64,000 nucleotides of DNA from Antedon mediterranea (taxonomy: Eukaryota; Animalia; Echinodermata), in contig NC_092677.1 in the NCBI RefSeq assembly GCF_964355755.1, forward strand, positions 19,118,101 through 19,182,100. The letters run 5' to 3'. The notes under the pieces were generated by a model. It had not been told where the DNA came from. It saw only the letters and a list, made by a program, of their open reading frames with translations, and ran no database searches. The translations under genes were made by a program, and so were the position numbers. Positions 1 through 14,500 of this stretch are shown here, piece by piece. Each line of letters opens with the position of its first letter. Position 1 is the stretch's first letter.

Positions 1-130
1 ATCTACCAAGGAGGAGGTATATTTTATTTGTAGTCGATCGTGTGTTTTTGTTTGTTTGTTAGCAGGATTATTCAAAAAGTGATTGCAATGCAAGATCTTT
101 ACAGAAAGATATGTGGTCAAGGACCACTCC
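1..130 (+). mobile_element. Truncated end of a Helentron-type non-autonomous element (HINE)
   Basis: 'ccaaggaggaggtat...tgtttgtttgttagcaggatta' resembles the reverse complement of the right end of the element at 16496-17902 (tacctctgcca/ggttatg terminus followed by a tgtt-rich tract). Confidence 0.4.
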
Positions 131-419
131 AATTTAAAGCCAGTTAATAAATAAAAATTCATATATTTAATGTCAAAAAAAGGACTCGTTACTACTACAG
201 TAGGTTGTCTCACATTTAATGTCATAAACCACATAGTTCCAACCTATATATGGCCTAATCCCATCATGAAAGACGATAACCTACTCTGCTAGTGACGAAT
301 ACTACAAAGCCTTTCACATTCAGCAACATATGCATTGGCAGGTAATTGGTGAGGTTGGAGGCAAGAGTTTCCCAAAAACCAGTGGAAATATTAAAAGAAA
401 AAAGATTACGCAAGTTGAT

Positions 420-620
420 AACATTTTTAAAACCGAGTTTTGGACGTCTGCATGGTCAGGCTGAGTCAGACAGTTCACCATAGAAAATATTTTTGGTAGG
501 CGGTAATCTTACTGCCGAAATAACATGACCAGACCAGCATAAGCGCCGTTTTCTAAGCATGGTAAATATATCAGTTGTACTAATAATTGACAAGAAACTC
601 CTGATGACTAAACGTGGTCC
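420..620 (-). mobile_element. RTE-clade LINE fragment (ORF C-terminus)
   Basis: Translation MLRKRRLCWSGHV...PTKNIFYGELS...RPKLGFK matches the RTE C-terminal pattern RLRWxGHV..R.PK.IFYGEL..GRP.L.FK; contains a stop. Confidence 0.75.
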
Positions 621-689
621 AGGACTCAGAGCAATATAACAGGACACTTAGCACACGCAATGTATGCGAGTCTTCAATTTGATGACAAA

Positions 690-875
690 TGCAACAAAAG
701 TAAACACAACAGCACCATACAATCTCAAACTGTTGGTTTATTTGCTGTTCCTCATCCTAAGACTTACAAGCATAGCGTTGACTATAGAGCCTTATCCTTA
801 CATAATAATCTCCCGTCCTTTATTCAATCTACTGTAGGAAATTTTAAGAAAAACAAATATCTTATCCATTGAGAC
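690..875 (+). mobile_element. L2/CR1-type LINE ORF2 C-terminal remnant
   Basis: HNSTIQSQ..LFAVPHPKTYKHSVDYRALSLHNNLPSFIQS..NFKK resembles the CR1-group end (H..TR....VP..T...S..Y....WN.LP..I....FKK). Confidence 0.55.
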
Positions 876-1499
876 CCATGTCCTAAACTTAACAAGTTTT
901 CTGACCTGTGTCTCTTTTTTTTTTATCTTTTGTGGTAGCCACCACCTTTATTCATCATTCAATCTTTCATAAATATATTACAATTGTTGTATATATTCTC
1001 ATTTCATATAATACAGTATATAATACATTTCTGTTTCCTCAGTAGTTTTACTTTTTTTTTTCTATTAACACATGTTATTTTCAACATCCTACTTAACATC
1101 TAATATTCAATTACCAATGTTTGTTTTTTCTTCTGATTAGAACAATCAGTTGTATTCATTTCGTAACCTGTTCTTATATAATTTCTACTAGTACTGATTT
1201 CTTTTTTGTATACATATAATCTATTCTAACCCTTTCCCATTCTCTTAGCTTTTTTTTTTCATTTTTTTTTTTAGATATTTACAATCATAGTATACTATTA
1301 CCGTTGCATTTGTTTCGATCAAACATATATTTAATTAACAATGCATATTCTCTCTTTTAACTGTAAATTACTACTTACTAGCTATTTAAACTAACAAAAT
1401 ATTAACATTGCTTTTTATTTTGAATAACAAAATATTTTCATTTAACATTGCTTTTTAATTTTATTTTAAAAAAATCCACTTTTCAACAGAGTTTCTTTT

Positions 1500-2040
1500 G
1501 CCTTATTGTTACATAAAATTTACTTGAAACATAGCGAATGTTGCATGAAATAGTTAGTGAGTCCAAGATATATCATAAAAACCATAAAATATTTAACTAC
1601 ATAAAATGTCGTATATTATGTTACCAATCTTAGTACAAATATTGCACACTCCTTGTGATTAGTTCATTATGAAAGACATTAATAAGATTGTTTTTATGGT
1701 TACTGTGTTTAAATTTACATATTGAGAATTTAGCAATAAAAATAATTTTATTTATACAGTATTTACAATTCATTCTTTGTGCGTAAAATCCAAACATAAC
1801 ATGTTCTAACTCTATATTTATCATTATATTTCGTCTCAGTTCATCCCATAAACAGGAGACTCTGGGACACAGATATAAATAATGTTCTATATTATCTATC
1901 AATTGTGCATTACAGAAGTTACAAAACTGATCTTCAATTATTCCCATTTTTTTCAGTAAAATGTTTGTTGGGTAACAATTATTCAGGATTTTCCAGTTTG
2001 TGTCGAAAACTCTAGGGTATTTGGAGTACTGTGTCTCTTT
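1500..2040 (-). mobile_element. Tx1/L1-clade LINE 3' fragment with CCHC zinc finger
   Basis: LKKMGIIEDQFCNFC....DNIEHYLYLCPRVSCLW...HVMFG...INKIIFIAKFSI is the zf-RVT-like C-terminus of L1/Tx1 ORF2. Confidence 0.8.
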
Positions 2041-2404
2041 TTGAATTTAGCTTCTATTTTGAAAATTGTACATATATTAGCATGTTGAACCTTTTTGTAT
2101 ATATTGAATTCTAGACTTGCCCCAAGTCCGTATTTATTGTCTTTTTTTTTATTTATTTGTTTTTATTTCGACCGCGATTTTTGTCTGAGTATCCAAACTC
2201 AAGTAATACACGTATGAAACGCCATATGTGCAAAAATATTTATATTTTTACTAATATTAAGACAAAACTCCGTCTGGAGCCCAGACTAATTGAATTCTTG
2301 TATTATATTTTAATATTTAAGTTTTATAAAATCTGGAAATTTTATCACAATTTTTATATTTATAGTAGTTTTTTATAATTAATATTTTATGATAATATAT
2401 TTTT

Positions 2405-2500
2405 GTGCTGTTTGTATTGTATTGTAGAGGGCACCAATGACCAGCTTTGCTGGATTGGTTACCCTCATGAAACATGGTTCAATAAATACAAATAAATACA
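2405..2500 (+). mobile_element. LINE (L2/CR1-like) 3' tail
   Basis: Stem-loop (gaggg..ccaat..ccagc/gctgg..attgg..ccctc) followed by aataaa and an (aataaatac) repeated tail. Confidence 0.45.
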
Positions 2501-2766
2501 CATTTTAATATACAGGTTTTTTGATACAAGTAGCTTTAAAAAACCTATTTCTTTTCAAATTCACCCGTTTGTTTTTTGGCATTGCTGTTCTATTGTTAGT
2601 CAACTGAAACTATTGATCATGTAAATTATTCATAATATTCTGTAAGAATTACAAAATAGCCGACCTAAAGTACTTCCACTAAATAATAACTTAATCTAAC
2701 CCTCGAAATAATATCACGCTAAAAAGAATCAGCTCATGAGATTCGAACCACATACAGTACATCAAC

Positions 2767-3402
2767 ATGCAAAGTCAGGTCAATGCTTACATCACACCTG
2801 CAGTAGTGCGTCGATATAAGGATAGGAATAACTACGGTAATGCAAATAAAAAAAAAACTGTTTGAATATGTAATATCAGACTATCCCCAGCTTGGAGAGG
2901 GAGGGGATCTGTGGTTCAAATACTTGGTGTCTGAGCCCCCCTCCTTATTTCAAAATCAGGGATTCATCCCTGACCCCTCTTTTAAATAATCGTTTCCGCG
3001 CCACTGAAGTGCTATTACACATCATTCAGCGGATAGACAATGATGAATCACTGAAATGAGGTAATAATTATTATTAACAAATTAATAATACCGGTATATT
3101 TTCTTTTCTTTTCTTTTTCTAAATTAGGATGTTTAGAGATTGTTGATGAGCCTTCAACATCTCAACTCTATCAGAAAATAGTTCAACCCAGTTTATGTGC
3201 CATCGAGGTTCAAACTCATCCAAACAGACATGGAGTTGGGGTTCACTCCTCAGTTGTACCCCATTCTACCAGCTCTTCATACATCAACCATATCAAACGG
3301 CAACAAAGGTTGAAGTCAGAAATGTTGCGAACAAATCAAAGTAGATCTTTTCCAGATATTAACAACTCAAACCTATTAAGCAAGGCTGACTATAGTAATT
3401 CA
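2767..3402 (+). CDS. Candidate upstream coding exons (alternative N-terminus of the EF-hand gene, or part of a separate gene)
   Basis: 2767-2836 (ATG..., phase-1 donor GTAATG) joins in frame to 3128-3402, which has a strong pyrimidine tract + AG, 275 nt open and a phase-0 GTAAGT donor. The phase is compatible with the acceptor at 6166. Confidence 0.5.
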
Positions 3403-4204
3403 GTAAGTCGTAAATCAATTTTTTTTCCTACCTGATAATTGTTTCTTTCTCAAACCAGCATAAATTAAAAATGTATAAAAAGTAAACAAACATTACAAAA
3501 GTATAAAAAAAAAAGATTTGTAGCACATACAGAAACAGAAAACAAAATATATAAATGTCAACTGTCATTGTTTAAGATTGTAATGTTTCGCTGGCTGGCT
3601 GTCTCTAGTCTACTGTGCTTTCGTTTCTCGGGTCAGTCTTATTCAAATCAGGTAACTATCTTGTTCGTTATACAGACCTAGAGTCTGGCTAGTCTAGTTA
3701 TTATAAAATTAAAGACAAGATGTTCAGATTTTAATCTTAATAATTGGACCATCCCACACCTTATAATTTATTCTACGAATAAGGGGGTGGAAAAATTTAG
3801 GCTAGGCTAGGTCAGGTTCGTACCGCTTAGGCCAATCACAATTATTTGACGAAAGGGAAATTTAAGTAGCGTCAGGTTCGGTAACTGTGATAATCGGTCG
3901 GCTTCATGTACATTAAATTATAAATAAGGAAAGTAACAGTGAGGTTAAATTGTCATGGGTCTTTATGATTTTTATTCATGTAACTTCAACTGTACCAACT
4001 ATTAATACACACACTAGATACAATATGATAATAAAATAGCAGTGAAAAATGGATGGCCCAGCACAACCGATCCATTAGGAAACATTAAATTCACCAAAGA
4101 AACAATAAAAATAACCAAAGTTGATAATATTATAACCCACTGAACACAAACTAATTGTTATTAACACATTTATATAGGTAAAAAAAATTTTTAAAAAGAC
4201 TTTT

Positions 4205-4420
4205 TGATGTAACAGTTTTAATTATCGTTCTTTCTTCATTAAATGGTGTTTTTTTTAATTGATATTCTATTTACAGTAATAATTAATAAATAATGATTTA
4301 TTATCAATTATTTTTGTCAATCAGTAGGCCTAGTAGTAGTAAACGTTTAGTGTAACGTAAAATATAGTCTGAAATTTCTTTAAAAAGAAGGGCCTACCAA
4401 GTATTAAATACCGCAAATAC
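4205..4420 (+). repeat. Dispersed repeat; second copy at ~44575-44725
   Basis: Shared blocks: ttaattgatattctattta, tcagta(g/a)gcctag, tttagtg(t/c)aa(c/t)gtaaaata(t/a)agtctgaaat, gggccta..gtattaaata. Confidence 0.6.
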
Positions 4421-5581
4421 TTTTTTTAAGGATGGGGATTATGATTGGATTCAGGTTTCCTTCTGTATTTGATATAGCTGCTATATATAAATTTATCCCT
4501 TCCTACAGTATTTGCAACCCGGCAGCAATATTGATTATTGAATCTTGGCTATATATCTATAATCAGCCCATCAAACATTTTGTGTCTTTTCACAATAATA
4601 AACTCTCTGGGCGCCAGTCTATCAATAGAAATCAGTTGAACGTTTTCATTAATTTCAAAACACTTTGGATACAAATTGCAACAAATATCTTTTTAAAAAT
4701 GAAATCATATTCTATACAAAATCTTTTGTGTTGACCACCAATAGTGGAACTCTTTAGCTAGCAATGCAATTGTTCAAAGATCAATCATAGACAAACAAAA
4801 CATTTTGTTATGGATCAATAGACTCCAGCAATTGATTAACATGTTCAAGCACTGTGACTGTGCGTCTCTAAGTTGATATGAATAGCGTTACTATTTACAA
4901 AGTTAACAATCAATACCTAACTGCTGGGCTTCCTTTTTGTTGTCATCATATCAAGTCTGTGCTGCTATTGTGTTGAAGATTGTTGTTAATTGAAAATTTT
5001 CTGTCAAGTTTACGTTCTGCCAAGTTTTTAACCTGTCAATACATAGATCTATATTATGATTTGTAAGAAGATTTTAATTTGAGCTAAATCGTTTTGAAAT
5101 TGTTATAGTAGAATTAGGACTCATGAATTTAGTACGGTTGGATTTGGTGTATCTTTGCCCATGAAGTATATCAAGACAAAATTGAAGCTGAATTGAACAA
5201 GAGGACAAAAAGAAAGATACATTGGCTAGTGCGCATCAGTCTGTACCTGACACTGAGTCTACTATACTAAACAAGCCACTGTCGTCGTCAGTCACCTAAT
5301 TGTATTGTGCATTGACAATTCACATATTTTACAGAACCTCATAGCTGCCGAATCACACAAGAAAACTTGATAATAATCTGATTTTGTTTGAAGAAAAGCC
5401 AATATATGTCATATCTACCCTTTGATATTTTGGGTATACATATTACATTAAAGAAATATGCAAGTTTGAGAAGAAACCTGAGTAGTCATATTGTTGAATG
5501 AGTCTTGCATAATTGAGTTTTAATTTTTTTTGTTTAATACCAAATCATTAAATTTCTATAGAATTAGTTCTCTAAATCAAT

Positions 5582-8500
5582 ATGAGCTCCTTTTACGACC
5601 AAGCCCAGTTTCCACCTCTGGTTAGGTCGAGGACAGGTTTTTGTAAACCACGCCCTCTTTCAGCCACTGGAATTTACCTAGAGTTACAAGAGAGACATCG
5701 TTTGCGTAAAATGGGAATTATGTTTGAAGAGAAAATTCATTGCAGAGCTGAGGTATAAATCTCATTGATACCGTAATTTTGATAGTATAAAAAGGAAATA
5801 CAGTAATACAACACATCATTTTATTTTTTATATTAATTTTGTATTCTAAATTATAGTCTGTAAATGTTTATGCAATTTATCTGATACTTCAAGCAATGTT
5901 GGAAGCTAGAGTTTTTGGCCACTTATGCCCAATAGTTTCCAGTTTTGCATAGCACAAAGCTCTCAATAGAAACATGAAATAAAACTAATACTGAGAGTGA
6001 AAGGCACCTGCCACAAAATTAACCAATGATATCGGGAAGGACACACTGAGGTGTGTTATATAAAATGAAATATCTTATAAAAGAGGTCCTCATTTTCCCT
6101 ACTAGCACAGGTTTATTGTTATGAAATATTTTTTAATTTTAATTTATTCATTTTATTTTTAATAGTATCAACATGTTCACAGTGACATAAACGTTCAGCG
6201 TTCAACAACTCCACAATCTTTCAGGTTGGCATTTTGTTATTTTAATAAATTATGATTTTTTATTTTTAATAATTACCGTAAGCAGTGCTAAATACAGTGT
6301 GTAACTATTACTACTTTTGTGTAAATGGTTTTTTTTACTACAAAGCTCGACCACAAAAATCAAACAGATTCCATTGCCAGTAGTACATGGTGCAGTTCAT
6401 AAAAGGATGGTATTACCCCGCAACACAAGGTCGTTTACCCTTGCAGGGGAGCGGTATTTGAGTTCTGCAATCTTAAGACCGCAACAAAGAAGCCTATCTG
6501 CTGGACAATTACCTAGAAGTGAACAGGAGAAACGCTTTACAAAAGAACAAATGGAACTTGACAGAACACGTAGTCTCAAGCGTATGTCAGAGGTAAGTTG
6601 TGACTCTCCGTCTTCAACCTGGAATGTGCTCTGTAAAAATTTAAAAATGAAAATTTATTAATTTATTCTAACAAAACACAACATCTATTGATCTGTTTCT
6701 AGACAATGTCTCATCGCGTTGATCGTATGTACTACATGCGTGGGGCTGTGTTGAAACCAGCACAGCGCTATTATGTTGACAATGAAGAACTTGTCCGGTT
6801 AAAAGAGATTGCCAAAGCTAGGTCATCCAGGCAAAGGTAAGGTAACAACTTGCCTTTTAAGGCTTTTTACTATTATTAACTAGAAAATTTGGCCTGTTAT
6901 AAATGTAGATTGATAGATTCCTTGTTTTGATAAACAAATAGACACACAGTAATTCAACCTTACCCTTCCAAGTTTAAAAGTTATACTAATCTATGTACTG
7001 TATATGAATACGTAGCAAGGCATGCGCATGTCATTATTATCTGTCTCGCATGCACAGCATGATAATACCAGTATTGTGTTGCTCTCTGTGTTTATGGATG
7101 ATAAAGATTATGGCTGTATTGGTGGAGATCATGATGATTAAAACCATTAATTGTTATAATATGACAATCATATATTGGTGATAAGAAATTAATAGCAATT
7201 TTATTTTTTCCCCGCTGCACTTGCATTACACTTTTCTTACTTGCATGTAAACCATCACTAGTAAATCAGGAAGCCGTTTTGGCTACCAATCTAGCACACC
7301 TGCACCAACATATTCACAGGTATGTGTCCATGAATGCATTATTTTATTTAGTTACCTTGTATGTAAACCATTGCTACAATCTTGCAGGCATGTCTGTTTA
7401 GCCATGAAATTCTCAACAGAAACCTGTCCATACAGTAGGTTCAACTGGCTTGGATCAATAGACTCATTTTAAACACTGTTCACACCTTTTTAGATATTGA
7501 CTAGAGTATGTCATTTTAACATTTTTAATTGGTTTTAATAGTAAAGCAGTAAAGTTAAAATGCACAGATCATTGAAATTGACAAGTCAATTTAAACTATC
7601 CATAGGAAAGATGCAAAGATAGATTAGGTTGAGTTGAGAACCTTTTTAGGCCGTGTGGCCCTCTACAATATTTCAAATCTGTGACTGCTGGTATAGTTTA
7701 TAGAAACAACTAAACCTGCTGACAACATCTACAAAAAGCTTTGAATCCCCATGTACTGTATCATAGAATTAAGTTAATGCAGTTGAACTGCAGCATTAGG
7801 TTTGTAAAAACAGATTTCTGATTTATTTATGTGGTTCTTCTATCTTCTACTTCCTGATCCTTATTTTACAGTTTGATGAACAGCCCATTTTTTTACTTTT
7901 TAAATTACCACACTCTTAAATTATAGAATACGTTGCTTTTTATGTTGCTTAATTTATATTTATGAAAGAATCTGGAGTACCTAAACACACTGAAGATATT
8001 ATTTATATATTATTACTGATTCTTGATATTTTTATGCAGAAAAATGTAGCAAATGAAGTTGCTGAAGATCTAAAGTCAACTAAAAACCACCCTCAGTCTG
8101 CATCCTCTAACAAAAGCAGTAATAGCTGTAAAAGTGATGACCATAGAGGGAACTATTCACAAGCAACTGATGGAGAAAGTTGTCATGGTAAAAATCTTTT
8201 AGTTTAATTTAGTTAAATTTTAGAACACTTTTGTTTATCTGTGACTGGAGTGCTGGAACTTCCTTTGGATCAGTTATCAATAATAAACTACCGTATATTT
8301 CCGTGTATAAGTCGCACTTTTGACACGCAAATTTGACCTCTAAATTAAGGGTGCGTCTTATACACCGAACATAAATGCCTCACCACACAGATTGTACATA
8401 GGCCTAGGCTATCGTCACCTCGTTTTCTAGGCCTGAGTAGGCTAGGCCTAGCTACAGTAACTAACTAACGTAACGGCAACCTGCTTCTGCCTAGGCCTAG

Positions 8501-11500
8501 TTTTCAAGTCATTTTAGCATGATGTTATACTAAATATGATGAAAAGATTTGTTCATTATGGCGCTCCGATAAAATATCATTTGTAAACGTTTACGTCGTA
8601 CGATTGGAATAGTATTTATTTATACAGTAGTTATACGCACGATCGCCGTACCCCAAGCGCAAGCCCTTCTTTTGGTGGCACATGGTGTACGGTATTCGAC
8701 TAGTATATTCTCCAGGTGATTATAGCATGGACCTAGCGTACACACTTCTCGGATACATAGATACTAATCGAATACGATTGTCCGTGAAAACGTGCGCCCT
8801 CTCGAAATGATCGAGCGAGGCTAGCCCACACACGTGCGTGTTACACACACAGTCATGAAACACGAAACTCATGAATAACAAGTTAGAAAGAACTTGTTGA
8901 GGCTGGGCGCGGCCGAGCCTAGGTAAGAAAAAACCTAACTAAAGGACGCCGTTGTAGATATAACAAAATATATTATTACAATAATATTGATTACAATTTA
9001 AAAAAACATTGTTTTGATGAAATATAAGGTGCGTCTTATACATCGACGATATAAAAAATACCGATATTTTACTCTCAGTTGGGGGTGCGTCTTATACACA
9101 GGTGCGACTTATACACCGAAATATACGGTAATATCAAATCAAATTTCTTTTTGACAGCAACAATTTCAGAAGCTTCCATAAATGTTAATCAAACATTAGT
9201 CATAGAACAAGATAGCAAAAGACAATCAGTCGGCTTCAAAGAAAAGGATAGTTGTGAACCAAGTTGTGAACCATGGGCTGAAGTGGCACAAAAGGTATGT
9301 TACCATCTAAGGCATTTTACAACCAACAATTTATGAGTTCATTAGTTGTTTAGAAAAATGTATTTTGCTGTACTGATTATTACAATTTGAATTTCATGAC
9401 TACCCACAGTATAAACCATTCAAGATCTCTTGTAGTTTGGTATTTTGGAACTCAACAGATTTTTTTTCTTTAGATCGTTTGTATTATTTTGATTAATTGA
9501 TGGGAACAACTCTATAAGACGTGGCACCGTTGAAAAAAACATAATTAGCCTAAATCAATTTCAGTTGCCTGGCTAAGTTTGTTAATGGTGGTTCTGCCTT
9601 TCTAGGCTAGGCGCTTTAGCCCAGCTAGACCTAGGATTGTTTGGTTGTTGATATAATTAACACTACAGTAGGTGTCTTTATAAAAACAAAATATATATAT
9701 AATTGTTTTGCATTGTAAATATGTTACAAAAAACCAAATACATTTTTTTTTTCAATGTGTATCAATTGTGGGCCTACCTTTTATTCAATCTGATTTAAAT
9801 GACATTCTATTTAGTTGTTAACAAATAAGGAATGGTTATGAGGTGGATGATAAAAGGTTACATTTCAACGAGGCGGATATATTTTAAAAGTACTATTTAA
9901 CTGCACGCCATGTGACCCACAATCGTCAAATCTAATGAAAGGAATCTATTTAGATGTTATATAAAACTAACAATGAATGTTTATATTTGTTGAATGTTGT
10001 GAATTATGAAAGTTTATATTTGATTTTAAATATAACTTTTCATCATTCACCGAATGACATTATTTGTATCATTCCACGAATATAAACATTAATTATTTTT
10101 ATATTATTCCATGTTGTGCCTAGCTTACCTGGATAAACCGACATTGGCTTATTATTTTCTGAGAAGAGCAGTACAACAATTGAGTCAGTTATTGGTACAA
10201 CCCAGTGTCAATAGATTTGAAATTGCAAGCACTATAATAAGGTGTTATCGGGAAACTCCTGTGATTATCTGGAGACTTTGGAATGGGGGTGTTTGTAAGG
10301 GTGTTAGTACCTACCAATACAACCTATTTATGTAGAATCTCAGAACCAGGGACCTAAACTTTCTAAGGCTGGATATTCTCCAAATTCACATTTACAAGGT
10401 TTTAGTGAAATTAGCCTAATCACACACAGCATTAGACACAAAAATAAAATAAAAACATATTTTCAAGAGAAATTTTATGTAGGGGAATTTTACAGTAGGT
10501 GTATGTATGCACTCTCAGAGTGTCAATCTAGTTTTATTATGTGATTCTTATTTGTTTTCCAGATGGAAAATATAGATAATGTTGGAAGAGTAAACTCAAG
10601 CAAAAAAATAAGGTATTTTTAAAGTTATATTATTTCTTTAAAATGTATTTATATTAGGTCACATCATCAGTATTTTACAATTTAAGAGACAGAATAAACA
10701 TGATTTCATTTTTTTTTCTCCTTCGCTTCATGCTTAACAAGACATAAAAATATTGATGTTCCTAATTTAGCGTAATTAGAATGTTTAAATATTTAATTTA
10801 CCTGAAGAAAAAAGTGCTATTTTATAGACTGATAATATACAAATAGCATTATTATGCATAACAAAACATTTTCTTGCAGCAACTCATATCCAATATCTAT
10901 AGTTGCAAAAAACTATAAAGCAAGCAGTGATGAGTAAGTTGATGATGTGATGTGCTGGTCTAATTTGTAACCTTACTCTATCTCATAAACATCCTATAAC
11001 ACAAGAACCTCCATTTCATCAATTTTACATTGAAAATATTGAAATGAAAAGATTTTCAGAGCGTCCTCATAAAACTAGAAATGAATAATATGTATACGTA
11101 ATATTTTGCATAAATAAAAAATAAAACTATTTCTCAATACTCTTCTTCTCAATAAATCAATATTCTTATTTTGAAGAAGAAAGAAAATGTAAAATGGGAT
11201 TATCTTCGTATTTACAGATCTTTTTTTGGAGAACTACAGCATATCGGTTGTCTCTAGAGATTAAAAAATGTTTTACATTTCTAACATATTGAGGGCTCAC
11301 TACTCCATTACATTTCAGATACATATTGTGGACAAAGAGGAGCTTCTTGTGTTATAGGTTCTGTGATTGTAGTGCTAGTAATATTTTGTCTTTATACTTA
11401 GATATTGTACATATCTACCCTTGAGTGTGAACCTGTAGCCAAAGTGGACTATTTTCATGCAAAATAAGTCATATGGCTCAAATTAAGCAATTCTCTGCAT

Positions 11501-14500
11501 GCTCTTTACTTCTCTCTACCTACCTATCTGAATTTTATTTTCAATATAATCGAATTTCAACTTTAAAAATAATTTCACAATTTTTTAGATTTGTATTATA
11601 TTTTACTGTATATATGTTAATTGTTTATACATATTTCTGTCTTTTTACTTATACTGTCACTGCACGTAGATCTGCTTTTCCTTTTTTGAAAAGAAAAATG
11701 GTGATAACCATTACCCATTTACACTGCCTGAAATAAACCTTTTTTAAAGGTTTGTTTCACTTAAAAGTGGCAACTTTTGTTGCTGTTGGTTTTGAAGAAA
11801 TAAAATAAAATAAATAAAATAAAACCTTGTTGTGTGGCCAAAAGAATCACACACGATTCAGGAACCTGTGAATGACATTAATTATTTTCATTATTTAAAT
11901 GTTGTGATAGATGAGACAAAAGATAAGCAATATTTTAAAAAAGGAATTATAATCTTCTTCATTTGATTGGGGGATTGTGGGTAAAATTATATTCAATAAC
12001 TACTTCATTCAATCATCAATAGTGATGTTATAGTAATAGTTATATTCGCATTAATTCTTGTACACATTGAGCACTACACACGACACAAGTTTCGAAAATC
12101 AACCTGTAGTGTGTGCCGGAAAGTTCCAGATCAAATCATCATTTTCGCTTAAAGTGTAAAAGACCCAAAGGGGTAGGCCTACAAAGTGCATCTCGGCCGT
12201 TATGGAACGACCAAATTTATGAAACGGCAAAAAAAGACAAAATAAGCATGTTCATTAAGGTATAGTGTGCGAAATAGCCAGAACTAACTGTATGTATATT
12301 GTTATTAACATTACCCAGTATATGGAACGCCACAGAGGACTATATTGGCCATTTAAACCAGAGGTATCATCAGTCGCTCAATAGGCGAAATACATTTTTT
12401 TTTGCCGTTTCTATAGATTTAAAATTATATTATTTTACCGTCTGAATATTTTGGTCAAAATGAATATATATTAAATCTTTTTTGACACTTTACAGGTCCC
12501 AAAAAAAGATGTGTGTGCTTTAATGTAAAAATGTGTGTTGTTTATAAATATAATGTAATAATATGAATGAATTGGCTGGCATATAAAAAAAAAATGTCAG
12601 CATCACCCCCTTATTTAAAAAAAAAAAAACAACAGGAATGGGGAGATTACTTTTTCATTTGTCAAAAAAGAAAGCTTTGCAATATAAAGAAAGTTTCACT
12701 TTCACATAATTTCCAAACAAAATGCCCTAGGTTTTAACGAGGCTCATCAAACATTATATATACAGTATATGGTTTTATTGCCTTATTAATCACAAATAAT
12801 CCTTGGAACCGCCGCTAATGATAACAGTACAAACATGATCTGAAGTTATTTTTCTTTGTCATCGTCGGGTGCATTTCGTCATAAAATATTTGTTAAAAAA
12901 CAGAGCCGGGCCAAAAATCTAACGCTAAATGGTTACTATGCGCTAAAAAGGCTTATCTTTGATTACTTACTGTATATTCTTTTTACTTCTATTAAATTTC
13001 AATAAACATGACGCGCAATGCATTAGCTTTATGCGAATTGTTTAACCAAATATCCAAGAAAGAGGTCCGAACAATCTCACAGAGATTTTTTATTTTTTCT
13101 GTGGATTTAAACTATTTTGGTGGTGGTATAGGAAGTGAGTAAACCACAATCAATCAATCAAATTAACATCTATTTCTTTCATATTAAATGTAAAACATTT
13201 CCTCTAAGTTTTGAATTATTTGTGCAATTAAAACAGATTTAAATGAGAGAAATATCTAAAAATTGTAATTCAATTGCTTTAACAATGAACGTAATATATT
13301 CAATACTGATGACATAGTCCGCTATCGAGCTGCAGTGTCACACATTGCCGCTAAAAGGGAAATCCGGGGATTCCCCTTTTATGAATGATTCCTCTTTTAT
13401 GTAAATGGTGACGTTTATTACTAAAATATAACTAGCTACAGTATACAGTACATGTTTAAGTAAAATTGTGTAGTGTAGACCTTTGTATCAGTCAGCAAAA
13501 GGTTTTTAATTTTAGTTTTTATTTTAATGTGTAAGCATTTCAACAAACTGGATAATTTAGGGCTGGGGGGGGGGGGTGAATGCAGTTTGTACAATCACAT
13601 AAAAAAGCGGACAAATTGTTTTGCCAACAATTATTAATACTGATAACGATAACTAATTATAAAATATTTAAACTAATTTCCGACATCTAAATAATACAAT
13701 TTGCACAAAAAATGAAAACTGAAAAAACACTTTAGTTTCAAAAAGCACACATATTTCTTGGCAAATTGAGAACAAAAATGTTTTCTGTCGAATAAACACT
13801 CTTACATCAAATATATAAACCAATATTAAGAAACATGTTATTTGAAACGGGGAATGGAAAGTTTGTTTGCTGAATATTATTAATATTCACTGTAGTGATG
13901 ACTAATGTGCACACCATAAATATCGCTGTTAAGGTATTTATTATTTTTTAATTTGCTTGCGTGTACCATACAATTATCGAATACTGTAGCGCATCATACT
14001 TTTAACATAAACATCAAAACTGTATATGAGTTTAGATTTCTTGGAGACCGCTGATTCAGCTTAACTTCAAAAGATTGAAATACATCTTAAAAAAGCTGTA
14101 ATAAAATAAAATTTACACAAAGAGGTTATTCATAATCATAAAGGAATGTATTGTACATAAAGCCTATTGGTGAACTTTAAACTAAAGTACATGATTTATG
14201 ACTCCCATTAAAGGCAATTCTTTTCTTTCTTATTCTTTACTACCTGTTTGCAGTGAAAATATAGTACACTAAACCTCTGACCATTGTTTAATTTGTAGAG
14301 TTGTTTTTTAGGTTCTTTTGTATGTAGATCTCTCAATTTTCAAAACCCTGCTATAAACCTCCTATAGTAATTCAAAGTGGTATTTAATTGAAGAGCTAAC
14401 TGTGTTTATAAATGGACTGTTTTGATTATAAAGTTATACAAATCACTTATCTTATTTGGTTTATTTGATGGAATTGATAATCTTGTTAAAAAAAAATCAC

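Noticed and set aside
293-341. Upstream exon ending at CAG|GTAATT
   Set aside because: Weak acceptor, an in-frame stop shortly upstream and no convincing partner acceptor.
11320-11357. Extra symmetric exon of the EF-hand gene
   Set aside because: Phase-compatible, but the donor (GTTCTG) is weak and nothing else supports it.
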